Shown piece by piece: positions 25,999-39,052 of a stretch of 64,000 nt of DNA (its first letter is position 1; every line of letters begins with the position of its first letter). The notes below the pieces were generated by a model. That model was not told the DNA's origin. It saw nothing but the letters and a program-made list of their open reading frames with translations, and ran no database searches. The position numbers and the translations under genes are program-made. Origin of the DNA: Octopus bimaculoides (lineage: Eukaryota); the NCBI RefSeq assembly GCF_001194135.2, contig NC_068995.1, positions 27,847,116 to 27,911,115 on the forward strand. The letters run 5' to 3'.

Positions 25999-26080
25999 AT
26001 CATTCAAAGAGAATTACTTCAAGGATTTGTTGAGTGTATGGAGAACGAAGAAGAAGAAGTTGCTCCTACAGAAGGTCAAA
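25999..26080 (+). CDS. NUP205: NUP205 exon, phase 0-1
   Basis: acccag| ... |gtaagt. Encodes IIQRELLQGFVECMENEEEEVAPTEGQ (compare QKLMAGFVECLD). It lies in a different frame from the ORF-track entry. Confidence 0.86.
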
Positions 26081-26629
26081 GTAAGTTTTCATATTCTGTT
26101 TTTACTGATTGTAGTTCACATTTTATTGATAACTGTATGTAGACTTAGCTATTGGAGTAAGTTGAAGTACTTGATTTTAATATGAGAGGAGTTAGGTAGT
26201 CTTTTATAAGTTTCTCGGTTGTGTTGCTTTTCACATCCCCATATCTTTAGAATTGTAGGAATTTTTGTGCAAAAGTATTAGAGATGCAAGAAATGTTTTG
26301 TATGCTTAGGTTTTTTGGAGCTTTTTGTAGTATTCATATCAAACATTTTAGAGATATCAAATATTTTTATCACAGGCTTCTCTGAAGTTGTTGCCTAGCC
26401 CCAGTTATTACTTTCACATACCTTAATCCTCCCATCCACCATGACAATGTTTAGAAAATGAAGTTGCAACATCGATTTAAAATGCAACTTACCTTCCCTG
26501 GGGTATTTAAATTCTTAATTTTTTCTTTTAAGGAGTGTGGCTCTTATAAAGAACTTTGGTATTTCTTAATTGAAGTTTCTTTCTGCTTTCTGTTTATGCA
26601 AACTAACTTCACTTTTCTTTTAATTTCAG

Positions 26630-26785
26630 GATTTCTCAATATGCTAGAAATTCGTAACACGATGCGTAAACATTTGATGCAACTTCTGATCAACTCTTTA
26701 GATTACCCTGCACCAAATGTTGCCCTTTTCCTGTTGGGATTTGAACTCAGAAAGCCAGTTGAGAAAACTAACCTTCAAGATCCTG
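26630..26785 (+). CDS. NUP205: NUP205 exon, phase 1-1
   Basis: ctaac branch-like motif, polypyrimidine tract and tttcag| ... |gtaatc. Encodes (R)FLNMLEIRNTMRKHLMQLLINSLDYPAPNVALFLLGFELRKPVEKTNLQDP(G). Confidence 0.92.
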
Positions 26786-26904
26786 GTAATCTCTACTTAT
26801 ATTTCTGTGATTTTATCAAGTTTCAATTTCCCTGTAAAAATAATTATATTTATTATATTCTGAAGAGGTTGGATTTTGGCTTTTATATTGACCTTTGGTG
26901 ATAT

Positions 26905-27145
26905 ACTGTGCTTGTGTAGACATGTCAAGCCAAATAAGACCATAGTTGTGGCTGATGCCAGTGGCACATAAAAAATACCCACTACACTCTTGGAGTGGTT
27001 GGCATTAGGAAGGGCATCCAGCTGTAGAAACCTTCCCAAATCAGATTGGAACCTGGTGTAGCACCCTCGGCTTACCAGGTTTCAGTCAAACCATCCAACC
27101 CATGTCAGCATGGAAAATGGATGTTAAATGATGATGATGATGATT
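26905..27145 (+). mobile_element. Short 5'-truncated RTE 3' end
   Basis: Matches the 3' UTR of the copy at 31900-32084 and ends in (GAT)n. Confidence 0.85.
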
Positions 27146-28167
27146 ATGAGGCAATGAATTTATGAGTTAGAAGAAGGAAATGAAGACAAAAGAGTCTGTA
27201 CCCATCAGGGCAGACATAATTAAACATGGTTGTCTATTTTTAACCTTCTAAACACTAGACACAAGATACTTCATAACATGAAATGAGATTACTAACCTCT
27301 CCCTCAGCCCTGCTCTATTTTGTGATGACTAAAGGACATGGTGAATGATCCTCATGACCCTCTCTCACTGCTGCATGACTGATGTTCTGAAATAGAGGGA
27401 AGAATCAACCCAATACTTGTGCTCTATTTATTAAGCTTCTAAGAATGAAATGCAAAGGATTCAAACTCAGAACACAGGGATGTGAAATAATTTCTGCACA
27501 GCATTTGTCTAATGCTCTGACCATTCTTCTCATCAACCAGCTTACGTTTGTGTACTCTGTACTTTAAAAATGATGTAGTGGTTACCACTTGAATGTCTGC
27601 TGGATCAGGGCTGTCCTACATTAAATGATGATAAGTAAAAGCAGCATCCATAGTCTAACCAGCCTCAAATACCAGTGAGTTGACCACCTCTGATTGTAGA
27701 TATGCACGTGTTAAGGAACAAACAAATATGAAATTGAAATATACGAATCTGAATTTGAAAGAGTTTTTTTGAACAAGGAAATCATGAAGTTTGACCCCAC
27801 TGCCTGGACTTTGGAGTAACAAATGTTACAGGTTTGCAAGATATTGACCAAACCAAGAAGGAAATGCAGCAAGTCTGACCCATTTTAATAAAGTTTTAGA
27901 TTTACTTTAGGATTATTTCTTTAAATTTAGCTACCAGAATTCTATAATGCGAAAAATGTGACACCCATGAAATAACTATATTCTAAAATTTTTATCAAAT
28001 AGCCAATGATCTCTCAGTACTCATGCAGTTCAAGAGAAATCTATGACTTTGTTGCTACATGTCTTGCAATTGATGGAAAATATTGTAAAGACTCCCCTTC
28101 TTTGTCACTGTGTTTTTCCCTTTCTTTTTCTAGCAGCTCCATAAATCTTCTGACCTATTTCACATAG

Positions 28168-28490
28168 TGAAGGTGTGTGGCTTAGTGGTCAAAGTAATCA
28201 ACTCACAATTATAAGGTCATGAGTTTGATTCTCAGTGGTGCATTGTGTCCTTCAGCAAGACATACTATTTCACATTGCTTCAGTCCACTCAGCTGGCATA
28301 AATGAGTTGTACTTATAATTCTAAGGGCTGGCCTTGTCACATTCTGTGTCATGCTGAATTTCCCTGAGAACCATATTAAGAGTACGTGTGTCTGTGGAGT
28401 GCTCGGCCACTTGCACATTAATCTCACAAGCAGGCTGTTCTGTTGATTGGATCAACTGGAACCCTTGTTGTCATAACCGAAGGAGTGCCA
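28168..28490 (+). mobile_element. tRNA-derived SINE of a second family
   Basis: Box A-like tggcttagtgg and box B-like gagtttgattc, then tgtgtccttcagcaagac..gtccactcagctgg. Confidence 0.6.
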
Positions 28491-28636
28491 TATCACATAT
28501 TAATTGTCTTTTGCTCTAATGAATTTTTAGCAAAAGCAATATTCTTGATATCTGGCATGTGAATTTCTCAGCAAAGTTTCTAGTTAGACTGCTTCATAGT
28601 TGTAAAAATCAATTAGATGCTTTCCAACATATATGT

Positions 28637-31600
28637 TATTACTTAAGATTAGGCTAGTGCTTCATCATAGGTTAGCTACCGTCATCTCGGTCTATGCCCC
28701 TCAACCGGGGCTACCGGATGGGCAGAAAGACCAATTCTACGACACCCTCATGCAAACTACCTCGTTGACGAATGACAGGGACCTTCTCTTTGTGGCTGGT
28801 GATTTCAATGGTCATGTTGGACGTCATGCAGGGGGGCTTCCATGGCATTCATGGAGGCTATGGCTTCGGTTCCCGCAATGAGGAGGGAACCAGACTGCTG
28901 GAGTTCTGTGATGCAAATGATCTTATGGTTTGCAATACCAACTTAAAGAAACCTGCCTGTCACCTAGTCACCTACCAGACACTCTAGCCAAATTGGCTAC
29001 ATCCTCGCCAGAAATAGGAAAAGAAGGCGGCTTATAAATGCCAAAACCTTCCTTGGCGAAGAATGTACCCCTCAACACAGATTAGTAGTTAGCGACTTCA
29101 GGATCACGGCAAAAAGGATGCCCAGAAGTAGACCAACTTGGAGGAGAAGGGTTTGGAAACTTAAAGATCCAGCAAACGGACAGAGATTTAGAGACATACT
29201 ACTTGAAGCATTTGACGAAATAGAAGGGGATATAGCATCATACAACATGGAAGACAACTGGAGGTTCCTACGGGACAACCTGCTGAGTGCCACCAACCAG
29301 ATCTGTGGCTGGTGTAAAGTTCCCTCTCGACCTAAAGTAACTTGGTGGTGGAACAGTGTGGTTGACAGGGCTACCAGACAAAAGAAACAGGCTTGGAAGG
29401 ACTGGAAGAATGGAGGTAGCAGGGAAGTGTATCAGACTGCTAGAAGGGAAGCTAGGAGACAGGTTTATCTAGCCAGAGGGGAAGCAGATAAGAAAAAGTT
29501 TGCCAATGTTCTGCGCCGTGAAGACCAAAGACTTGAAGTATTTCGTGTTGCAAGACAGTGTGTGAGAGAGAATCATGATGTCGTGGGAGAGAAATGTGTT
29601 CGCATGGATGATGGTACACTTGCTCTAAATGAGACTGCAAAGAAAGAGGTTTGGAGATGCCACTATGAAAGATTGCTCAATAAAGAGAATGAATGGGAGA
29701 AAGAGAGTCTGCCGAATGTCGACCCAACAGAGGGACCAGCTATCCGAGTTGATAGTACCAGGGTAGATAAAGCAATTAAGAGTATGAAGACAGGGAAAGC
29801 CCCCAGCCCATCAGGAATCACTGCAGAGATGCTCAAAATATCTGGCAGTGTCGGCTATAGCCTAGTCACCCATATTGTTAACCAGGTGATACATGAAGGA
29901 GTCATACCCAATGACTGGTGTAGCAGCACCATAGTCAACTGTTACAAAGGTAAAGGTGATGCTTTAGATACAAATAACTACAGAGGTATCAGGTTGTTGG
30001 ATCAGGTAATGAAAGTCACGGAGAGGGTCATAGCCCAACTAATTAGAGAGAGAGTCAGCTGAGATGAGAAGCAGTTTGGATTCGTGCCAGGGAAAAGCAC
30101 CACTGATGCTATATTTCTGGTAAGACAGCTGCAGGAGAAATACCTAGCCAAGGATAAACCTCTGTACCTGGCTTTCGTTGATATGGAGAAAGCCTTTGAC
30201 AGGGTCCCCTGATCCCTCATCTGGTGGTCAATGAGGAAACTAGGGATAGAAGAATGGTTAGTGAGAGCTGTGGGAGCCATGTACAGAGATGCTGTCAGTA
30301 AGGTGAGGGTTGGCAATGAGTACATTGAAGAATTCCGGGTAGAGGTAGGGGTCCACTAAGGTTCTGTCCTCAGCCCCCCTCCTATTTATCATAATCCTCC
30401 AGGCGATAACAGAGGAATTCAAGACAAGATGCCCCTGGGAGCTCCTCTATGCTGATGACCTTGCACTAATTGCTGAATCACTATCAGGACTAGAGGATAA
30501 GTTTCTGGTGTGGAAGCAGGAACAAGAATCGAAGGCCCTTAGGGTCAACTTAGCTAAAACCTAAGTTCTAATAAGTAGGAAGGTAGACAAAACACAGAAC
30601 CCTTCAGGTTGATGGACATGCTCGATCTGTAGAAAAGGTGTAGGTAGAAACTCTATAAGATGCTCCCAGTGCAAGCTATGGACACATAAGAGGTGCAGCA
30701 ATATCAAAGGAAGGCTAACTAGGAAGAAAGTATTTGTATGTGGCAGATGTTCAGGTGCAATAAACACTGAAAATATGCAGAAAACAACTTCTGTCTCATT
30801 ACAGGGAGAAAAACGAGAAGTAGTTGATAGCTTCCGCTATCTGGGTGACCAAGTTAGTAGTGGGGGTGGGTGCGCTGAAAGTGTAGCTGCTAGAATAAGA
30901 ATAGCCTGGGCAAAGTTGAGAGAGCTCTTACCTCTGCTGGCGACAAAAGGCCTCTCGCTCAGAGTAAAAGGCAGACTGTATGACGCATGTGTATGAACAG
31001 CCATGCTACATGGTAGTGAAACATGGGCCTTGACTGCTGAGGACATGCGTAAGCTCGCAAGGAATGAAGCCAGTATGCTCCGATGGATGTGTAATGTCAG
31101 TGTGCATACCCGACAGAATGTAAGTATCTTGAGAGAAAAGTTGAACCTAAGAAGCATCAGTTGTGGTGTGCAAGAGAGACGATTGCGCTGGTATGGACAT
31201 GTGGCGAGAATGGATGAGGATAGCTGTGTGAAAATGTGTCACACCCTAGCGGTTCAGGGAACCCGTGGAAGAGGCAGGCCCAGGAATACCTGGGATGAGG
31301 TTGTGAAGCACGACCTCCGAACTTTAGAGGCCTCACCGAGGTAATGACTTCTGACTGAGACCTTTGGAAATATGCTGTGCGTAAGAAGACCTGGTAAGCC
31401 AAGTGAGACCTAAATCCAAGGCCTCTGCCAGGGATGTAGCCAGCCTACTTATGCATAACATTCTTTGGACACTAAACTCCGCTTGCGAAGACCTGTTGAG
31501 GCAAGTGAAATCGAAATCGAAATCGAACTATATTTGTAGACTGGTAGCCATGCCAACGTTTTCATTGAACACTAAACTCTGCTTGCAAAGACCTGTTGGG

Positions 31601-32084
31601 GCAAGCGAAAGCGAAATCGTGATGGCACCAGTACCAGTAAATCACTAAGAGCACCGTCCGAGCGTGATTGTTGCCAGAACACCAGCAGACTGGCTTTCGT
31701 GCCGGTGGCTCGTAAATAGCACCATTTGAGCGTGGACATTACAAACATCGCCTTCCTGGCACTTGTGCCAGTGGCATGTGAAAAGACATTTGAGTGAGTT
31801 CGTTGCCAGTACCACTGGACTGGCTCCTGTGCAGGGGGCACGTAAACTACACCATTTAGAGCGTGGCCGTTGCCAGTATCTCCTGACTGGCCTTCATGCT
31901 GGTGGCACGTAAAAGCACCCACTACACTCTCTGAGTGGTTGGCGTTAGGAAAGGCATCCAGCTGTAGAAACTCTGCCAAAACAGATTGGAGCCTGGTGTA
32001 GCCATCTGGTTCACCAGTCCTCAGTCAAATCGTCCAACCCATGCTAGCATGGAAAGTGGACGTTAAACGATGATGATGATGATG
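28637..32084 (+). mobile_element. RTE LINE, best-preserved copy (5'-truncated EN, RT, 3' UTR of about 750 nt, (GAT)n tail); not coding-intact
   Basis: A 314-aa open segment at 29118-30062, then EKAFD, LLYADDL, FRYLGDQ, MLHGSETW and RGRGRPRNTW, with several stops and frameshifts. Confidence 0.95.
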
Positions 32085-33013
32085 TTGTACCTTGTGGATT
32101 CAATTATGTTTTCCACTCCCTTCAATTAAACAACCTCGCTGCTGTTACCCTATCGGTACATAACTAAGCTAGCGAGTATGACCTAGCAGTTTGTATCACA
32201 CTTTCTTTTAATGTTTTAAGTGCTTGTATAGTAGTGAGAAGATGTAGATACTATCAGCTGTACCTTCTTTGATCCAGCAGACATCAAGAATGTGGTGGCT
32301 GTAGCGATAAAGTACTGCACTGCAGTTGGCTGATACTGATTTTCAGCTGAGTAAACTGAAGCAATGTGCTTTGCTTGTTGACTCAACATACCACTCACTC
32401 CAGTAATAGGATCCCTACACTCTAACTCGAGGTCAGATGCTCTTGTGAATATGCAGCTACCTTCCAGTCCTTTTTATTCTTCGGTATGGTTAGTGAACAG
32501 ATTGCAAGAGTGTGACCAAAGCTCAAAACTAAGAATCAAATAAATGATGAAGAAATGAAGAATGATCAATATCAATGTATAAGTGTTTATTATTTGCAAA
32601 ACACACCATTTTAAACTGTAGCAATATCTGGACACCCTAACGTTATAAGATAATAAGTCTTGTTAAACATTTTGATTTCAGATATGCTTAATATCTGCAG
32701 AGAGCAAAAGAAGGTTGAATAATTTACAAAACTATGAGGAGAATTAAGTCATAAAACAAGAGAGTTAATAGATTTGCATTTATAATATATTACCATCATT
32801 TTTACATTCATTCTTTCCATGCTGGCTTAAGTTGAGTCTTATTCTATGGCCAGATTCCCCTCTTGTAACCAACACTTACCTGTTTTTCAAGTAAACTATT
32901 TCTAATTTGCCTCACATTTAGAAGCAACAAAGCTGCTGAGCTACAGAAGACACATCATCATCATTGTTCACTGTCAAATGTGAAGACATATGGAGATAAA
33001 TATTTGCACATGT

Positions 33014-33050
<37 letters not shown>

Positions 33051-33367
33051 TGGCAGGCTTCAGTATTACTTCCACAACACAAGGCATTAGTCAGCCTAAT
33101 GCTTGATTGGAAGGCACAAGGTGTTACACTAGGATAGAAGCCAAAAACCACATACTTGCAAAGCCAACTTTGTGTCCCCATAGCCTTGTCTGCACCTTAT
33201 AATATGTATCAATTGTTGCAGCTGCTACTGTTTTTCTTTCCTCATGGAATAAAATGCACCTTTTTTCACTTGTATACTGAGACTAATTGAATTAAATTTT
33301 AAACTATTTTAATTTTGGCATTTCTTAAATTGAAAACTACTGGTTACTTTATTTTCCTAACCTTCAG

Positions 33368-33613
33368 GTGTTCTCGGATGTCCCCGAACTTGTCTCCATT
33401 CATTGATAACTATTCTGAATCGTGGTGTTGGAAGCCGCACAGGACCTCGGTGTTTGACTTTCACCCCCCAACTTGCTGAGTTAGCTTACCATCTACTTTA
33501 TGTGCTATGTGCAAACAAAGAAACCTCCCCACCAACAATGCGCTACCTGAGAACTGTGCATGATTTTTTCTATCGGCAACTTAAACATCTTCCATTTATT
33601 GGAGAATCATCCA
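33368..33613 (+). CDS. NUP205: NUP205 exon, phase 1-1
   Basis: ccttcag| ... |gtaaga. Encodes (G)VLGCPRTCLHSLITILNRGVGSRTGPRCLTFTPQLAELAYHLLYVLCANKETSPPTMRYLRTVHDFFYRQLKHLPFIGESS. Confidence 0.93.
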
Positions 33614-34239
33614 GTAAGAAATTATATTTTTATCTTGTGTGTGTGTTGTATATCTTATTAAATCTCACATGTAAATTAATTAAAACTGGGAGTATTTTTG
33701 TTTAGTTCATAATATGCTTGTTAGATCATAGGTTCATACACCTTTCTAGATATAGCATTGTGTTTGCAGCTGCATTCTCTGTTTTTTGTTTGTTTGTTTG
33801 TTGTTACATTTGAAAACTTGTAGAAGACAGCCTTCTTAAAAATCATATCATATTTTTCAAGAATGCTTACTTTGTCAATAATATTTTTATCATAAGCTTT
33901 TAATGTATAACATGAAAATTTATTCTTTTCCATATATAATTATGAGTCATTGCCAGATTTATTTGAATCACATTGGTTAACAATACTGATTTAATAATTT
34001 TCTGGAAACTGCAAAGGGAACAAATAAACTAATATAGCTCATTTTTCACTTTTACTACACTCAATTTTACCAATAGAGGACATCACTTACAAAAATTTCT
34101 ATACATGCATGCAATTAGAAACTGAAGAAGCTCATGCAGACTGCAATAGAAAGAAAAAAATCTAAAAAGATGCAATAAAGAATTGGTACTCTATAGGCCA
34201 GAAGTGAGGGTGCTTAAGAACAAATGCGGGCTCATAGTG

Positions 34240-34850
34240 AAGACAAAGAGAAGAGGGAAAACCTTCTACACGAAGATTTTTAAATCATCAGTGAAGTCTA
34301 TTCTCCACTGTCTCAAATTTTGGAAAATGTGCCACCTATTCTGGTTTGTGAAATTAAAAATACCCCCAAACTGAAGAGACCAAACAAAGCCTCAGGAAAA
34401 GATGTTATGACAACAGAGATGTTAAGATGTGAAGGTGAAGAGCTTTAGGAATTCCTTGCTCTATGCTTCAGTTGCTATCTGAAGGTGGGTAAAATACCCT
34501 CATTGTGGAAAGAGTTGTTACCATCTTGTTTGATAAGAAGGGTTATAAAGAAGATTAAAGAACCTATTACCCCATATGCCTCTTGTTTCATCCCTATAAA
34601 CTGTTTACAAAGGTTATGGTTACCAGAACATTGAGATATCTCAATGACCAGCTGCTGAGAAAGAAAACAAGTTTCTGTAAGAACTACAGTATTGTGGATC
34701 ACATATTCACTCTAACACAACTTATAGAATGAGTGAAAGAATACAAGGTACATTGCTTTGGTTCACTCCAAAAAGATTGGGAAAGGCATCAAACCAAGAA
34801 ATACCATCTCTCCCAAATTCTTCACTGCATGTTTAGAAATGTTCATTGGC
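34240..34850 (+). mobile_element. RTE-1-like LINE RT fragment (distinct family)
   Basis: My translation shows KASGKDVMTTEML, ILFDKKG, YKLFTK, YSIVDHIFTLTQLIE and GIKPRNTISPKFFTACLE. Confidence 0.7.
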
Positions 34851-35116
34851 AATAATGATTAGATGAATAGCATGAACATCAACTGACACACCTCCAATTT
34901 ATTTCTGAAACCACTTACTAACGTTGTTAACGGCTTTTTTATGGTTCCTTCGATACTGGCTCTTTGGTTCACTAAGTGACAAATTTCACTTCAACCTGTA
35001 CAATTCTTTATTTTCCGTAAAACTTTCTTATTTACTTTCTGCCAGTCGTATTAAGAAATGTAATTTCCATTACCCAGTTATTTTCATTGTTTACTATCTT
35101 CTGCTTATGTATATAA

Positions 35117-35720
35117 CCATGCCTAGAAGGAAAGTGTCAAATTTGTCTACAATGTCAAGGTCAGCCAAAAGAATGTTTCTGTCCACGGAAAGAGAGGCAG
35201 CTGCAGAAAGGGAAGCATACCAAGAAATGAACAGGCTGTGCACTACAAAAGCCAGAGCATCTCAAAGTGATGAACAGAGGGATGCATGGCTGACAAGGAA
35301 TAGGATCTCCACTGCAGAACGAAGAGCAGTTGCAACAGCTCAGAGAAACAACTTCTACGAAGCAACTTTGAATTATGATCCAGCAGTTCATTATGCAGAT
35401 GACACTAGAGTCTACATTGGTTCAATGTGCATACATTGTAAAGCAAGGACATGGCTTTGGGAGACACCAGCACTGTGCTGCAGTGTGGAAAGGTGTGGAA
35501 ACTCCCTGCAATTCCCCAACCTCCAGAGTCATTGAAGAAACTGTTGTCATCATATGACCAAGATTCCAAGCACTTCCAAAACAAAATTAGACAGTACAAT
35601 GCTGTACTACAGATGACATCATTTGCAGCCACAAGAGATTTAACTGAACCAGGATTCATGCAAACTTTCAAGATCCAAGGTCAGATTTATCATCAGATTG
35701 GTCTCTACTACCTCTGTCAA
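35117..35720 (+). mobile_element. Helitron Rep N-terminal remnant
   Basis: MPRRK..YIGSMCIHCKA..ETPALCC, then after a frameshift GKVWKLP..PPESLKKLL..SKHFQNKIRQYNAVLQMTSF..GFMQTFKIQGQIYHQIG. Confidence 0.9.
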
Positions 35721-35926
35721 ATGAATCACCAAAGTCGGCCATTCATTGTTTATAATCTGTACCAGTTTTTTGGTTACGAAATAGGCTACACAAAACATGT
35801 CTTTGAATTACATGTATTTACTTTATATACATATATGAGTTGAAAACTTTCTTTTAACATTTCATTTCACGTCTATGTTCCATGCTGGCATGGGTTGGAG
35901 AGTTATTAATATAGAAAGTTGGTATC

Positions 35927-36133
35927 TCAGCTACTAGAAGTTGAGACCCGTGTAAAATCATTGCTGTTGTGGTGATACGTCATCTCTGCTTGGTTGTTTT
36001 TATCATAAAATAAGGCTTTCCATCGTAAGTGGTCCGTGAAATCTGTTAATTTAGTAATGACTTCTTTTAGATATACATCTTTACGTGGAATCAGTATATC
36101 TTTTAATGATGCTTCTATTGTTATTTGCTTCAT
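35927..36133 (-). mobile_element. PLE ORF 5' fragment
   Basis: SLKDILIPRKDVYLKEVITKLTDFTDHLRWKALFY is the same N-terminus as the other two PLE copies. Confidence 0.8.
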
Positions 36134-36221
36134 TTTCCCAGTATGTGCCTGCTTTATGTCTGGTTAAAGCATCTTAGTCAGAAATATATATGTTGTGTAA
36201 GATATAATTAAGATGAGAGTG

Positions 36222-36300
36222 TGTTTACAGCTGTTTCTGTATAAGAAGCTGTGGTAAATTTGTATTTACCTTGTTATAGTTGATAGACCTCTTCAGAACA
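36222..36300 (-). ncRNA. Degenerate type I hammerhead upstream of the PLE fragment
   Basis: Minus strand: TGTT CTGAAGA (long stem II region) GAAAC AGCT GTA AACA. Confidence 0.65.
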
Positions 36301-36812
36301 GTTATATATATATTAAACCACAGTTTTACCTTTAAATTACCTACTACTGTATACCTTACAACAAGGACCATACATACTGAGGTAATACCAGAAGTGCCTA
36401 TGGATACATCTATCACTTAGATGGTTACATTACTTCTATCTTCTATCTTACACAACTATATATCTACAACATATGTGGAAAATAGGTGTTTGTTTGTTTG
36501 TGGTGTTGTTAGCTAACTCCTCCTACATTGTTTTATTGATTTTGATGAAACTTGACACGTGAGTAAAACGCATGTCTGGAAACCTTGTGACATACTTAGA
36601 TTGTTGAAAAAGTCAATAATACAGCCCCTGCAAGAGATCTTTATATATACCTCATATAACCTTTTTTTTTTTTAAACACCCAAGAGAAATAACCCATAGC
36701 ACCCACACGAAATTTTTTTAAACACTCAAGGGAAATAACCCATAGCACCTGCTCTTACAGTTGTTAGTTTTTAGCAAAGCAATCAATATATCAATCTCAT
36801 GATCAGCAGACC

Positions 36813-37000
36813 TAATTCTGCATTTCACTACTCACAGTTTTCAACCGCTAAACCTTATTATTGCACTTTGTTGATGCATGTACACTTTCAATGCCCATAA
36901 CTCTGATAATTCTGCATTTCACTACTCACAGTTTTCAACTGCTAAACCTTATTATTGCACATTCTTTATGCATGTACACTTTCAATGCTCATAACTCCGA
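36813..37000. repeat. 94-bp tandem duplication
   Basis: taattctgcatttcactactcacagttttcaac... starts at 36813 and again at 36907. Confidence 0.9.
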
Positions 37001-37066
37001 AAAGGCTGCATTTTTCCAGTTAAAATTTTACGATGACACTACATAAATTTTTGATTCCAGAACATA

Positions 37067-37660
37067 TCAAGTCACCCCATAAGTTCTGCCCAAATTTTGA
37101 ATAAAGAAAACAAGTGATCAAATGATTTAATTGAAATTTCATCATCAATGTACTTTCCCTGATTATCTATGATTTCCTTCCATCTATTTACATGCTTTTT
37201 AATCCCATCAATGTAAAGCTCTTTTGGTTTCAAAGCGAAGAACTCTGAAATGTCAGTTTCGACCTCCTCCTGACTTGCGAAAGTCATGTTCCCTGTATGA
37301 TGTGATCTTTGCAGTGTGGGGTTGCACATTGTCCTGATGAAACATCACTCCTTTTCGATTCACTAAAGCGGGTCTTTTATTCTTCAAAGCTTGGTTCAAA
37401 CACTTTAATTGCTGACAGTAGATTTGAGCATTGATTGTTGCATTAAGTGGTAATAATTCAAAGTGAACTACTCCTTTGCAATCCCACCAGATAGAGAGAA
37501 GGCCCTTTTCTCGGTTGTGGTTGAGCATTTTCCCTTTTACCAAGCCACTGTTTACGACGTTTAACATTTCAATAGAAGATCCATTTTCCATCACAAGTCT
37601 CTCCAAAAAAGGTGAAATTATTTAGCGAGAATGGAGAGAAGAGCAGATGTCAACTCGGGA
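37067..37660 (-). mobile_element. mariner transposon 3' half with right TIR, cut by a PLE
   Basis: LSIWWDCKGVVHFELLP..FHQDNVQPH and FF..KP..Y..GI...RW. The TIR tcaagtcaccccataagttctg is flanked by TA. Confidence 0.9.
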
Positions 37661-37664
37661 TTTG

Positions 37665-39052
37665 CTATACTTGAAAAATCTATAGTGTCTATGGCTGTAT
37701 TATAAAGGAGTGCAAAATCATCAAAGACTTTTTCATTTGCAGATAAATTAGATATTCTTATCGACACACATTTGATTATCCCCTTAATAACACTTTGGGG
37801 ATGATTAGATTAGGCATGGATATACTTAATAGTTTTGTTAGGCTTATGATAGGGGTAGAATAAGCCATTATCCAAATTTAATGTTACATCCAGTATGTTA
37901 GCCCATTTAGAGACATTTTCAAATATAATATCTAATCTGTATAATTTGAAAAATTTTATTAATTTTTTCCTAATCCTATTGGTTGCTTGTGCAGAGGATT
38001 CAGATATGGCGAATAAGGCATCATCTCTATTTAGGCCTCCAGTAATATTAGAGAATTCTTCCTTAATTTTTGAGATTAGAAATAGTCCAACAATGTCTGT
38101 GACCTGGGCAGCATCCGAACTTCCCATTGTAACATCAAAGTCGTCGTGAAATTCAGATCAGGTCCATGTCCTATTTTTGAAGGATATCAGTGTTTTCTTT
38201 GCGGTAAAGACGATGTTTTTCTCCAAAGGCGTAATACTTGTAAACTTCTCCGCAAATTTAATTGCTTTGTCTAGTAAATCAGGTTTAATGGACTTGTAGT
38301 AGTTACTAATGTCGAACTGAATAAAGTGGGTTTTCTTTTTGTTATTTAAAGAGCAGAACCAAGTTATGACATCTGTGGATATCCAAAGTGGGAGGTTTGT
38401 GTTTCTTTCAACGTGAGGGATAATTCTATCAATGATAGACTTACTAATTCTGCCCAAATCCGATTTTGGTTGGACAGATTAGCCTAACGTTTGGTTTGCT
38501 CTTGAAATTGGCTTTGTGGTCCTTAAAGTTGAAGTGTGGGATTTTATGAGCATAGGGTTCAGCACTATCTAGTAGTTTTAGCTCTTTAATTAGATTGAAA
38601 TGTTTCTTATTAATTTCATTCAGTTTATTATTAGCCACTATTTTATATTTAGAGTTCAATTCTTTCAAGATAAAGTTATCATAGGTGTTGGTGAATATAG
38701 GTTTCCTGTTTTATCAGAGAGAACATGTATGTTATCAGAATATTTTATTTGAGAGATAATGTCATTTAATTTCTTCTGGATGTGGTTTGTAGTTCTTGAG
38801 AATATCAGTTTTTTCACCCTGTTAATGAGCTCTCTTTCTAGTTTCAATAGTGTGGGATTGAAAGTGAGGTTTCTGTAGGTTTTCCAGCTCTTGTTTATTA
38901 TTCAAGTGTTTTCCACCTGAATCATAATAGAATGCTTTCCATCTTAATCTTTTGATGAATTTGCTGATTCTTTGCAATAGCAAAGCAGTGTACATGTCCC
39001 TAGATGGAATTGAGATATTTTTTATGGATAGGCTGAGGAATTGTTTGTCCAT
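37665..39052 (-). mobile_element. Penelope-like element RT remnant
   Basis: SIKNISIPS..RWKAFYY, SDKTGNLY, FKDHKANF..RLICPTK, FIQFDISNYY, MGSSDAA, GLNRDDAL and LDVTLNL..PYHKPN. Confidence 0.92.

Noticed and set aside
25946-26185. ORF-track protein overlapping the NUP205 exon
   Set aside because: Wrong frame; the real exon 25999-26080 is read in another frame, as fixed by the splice phases.
31480-31620. CTGTTGA..GAAA motifs in the RTE 3' UTR suggesting hammerheads
   Set aside because: The invariant A6 is absent and no stem II or cleavage triplet can be drawn.
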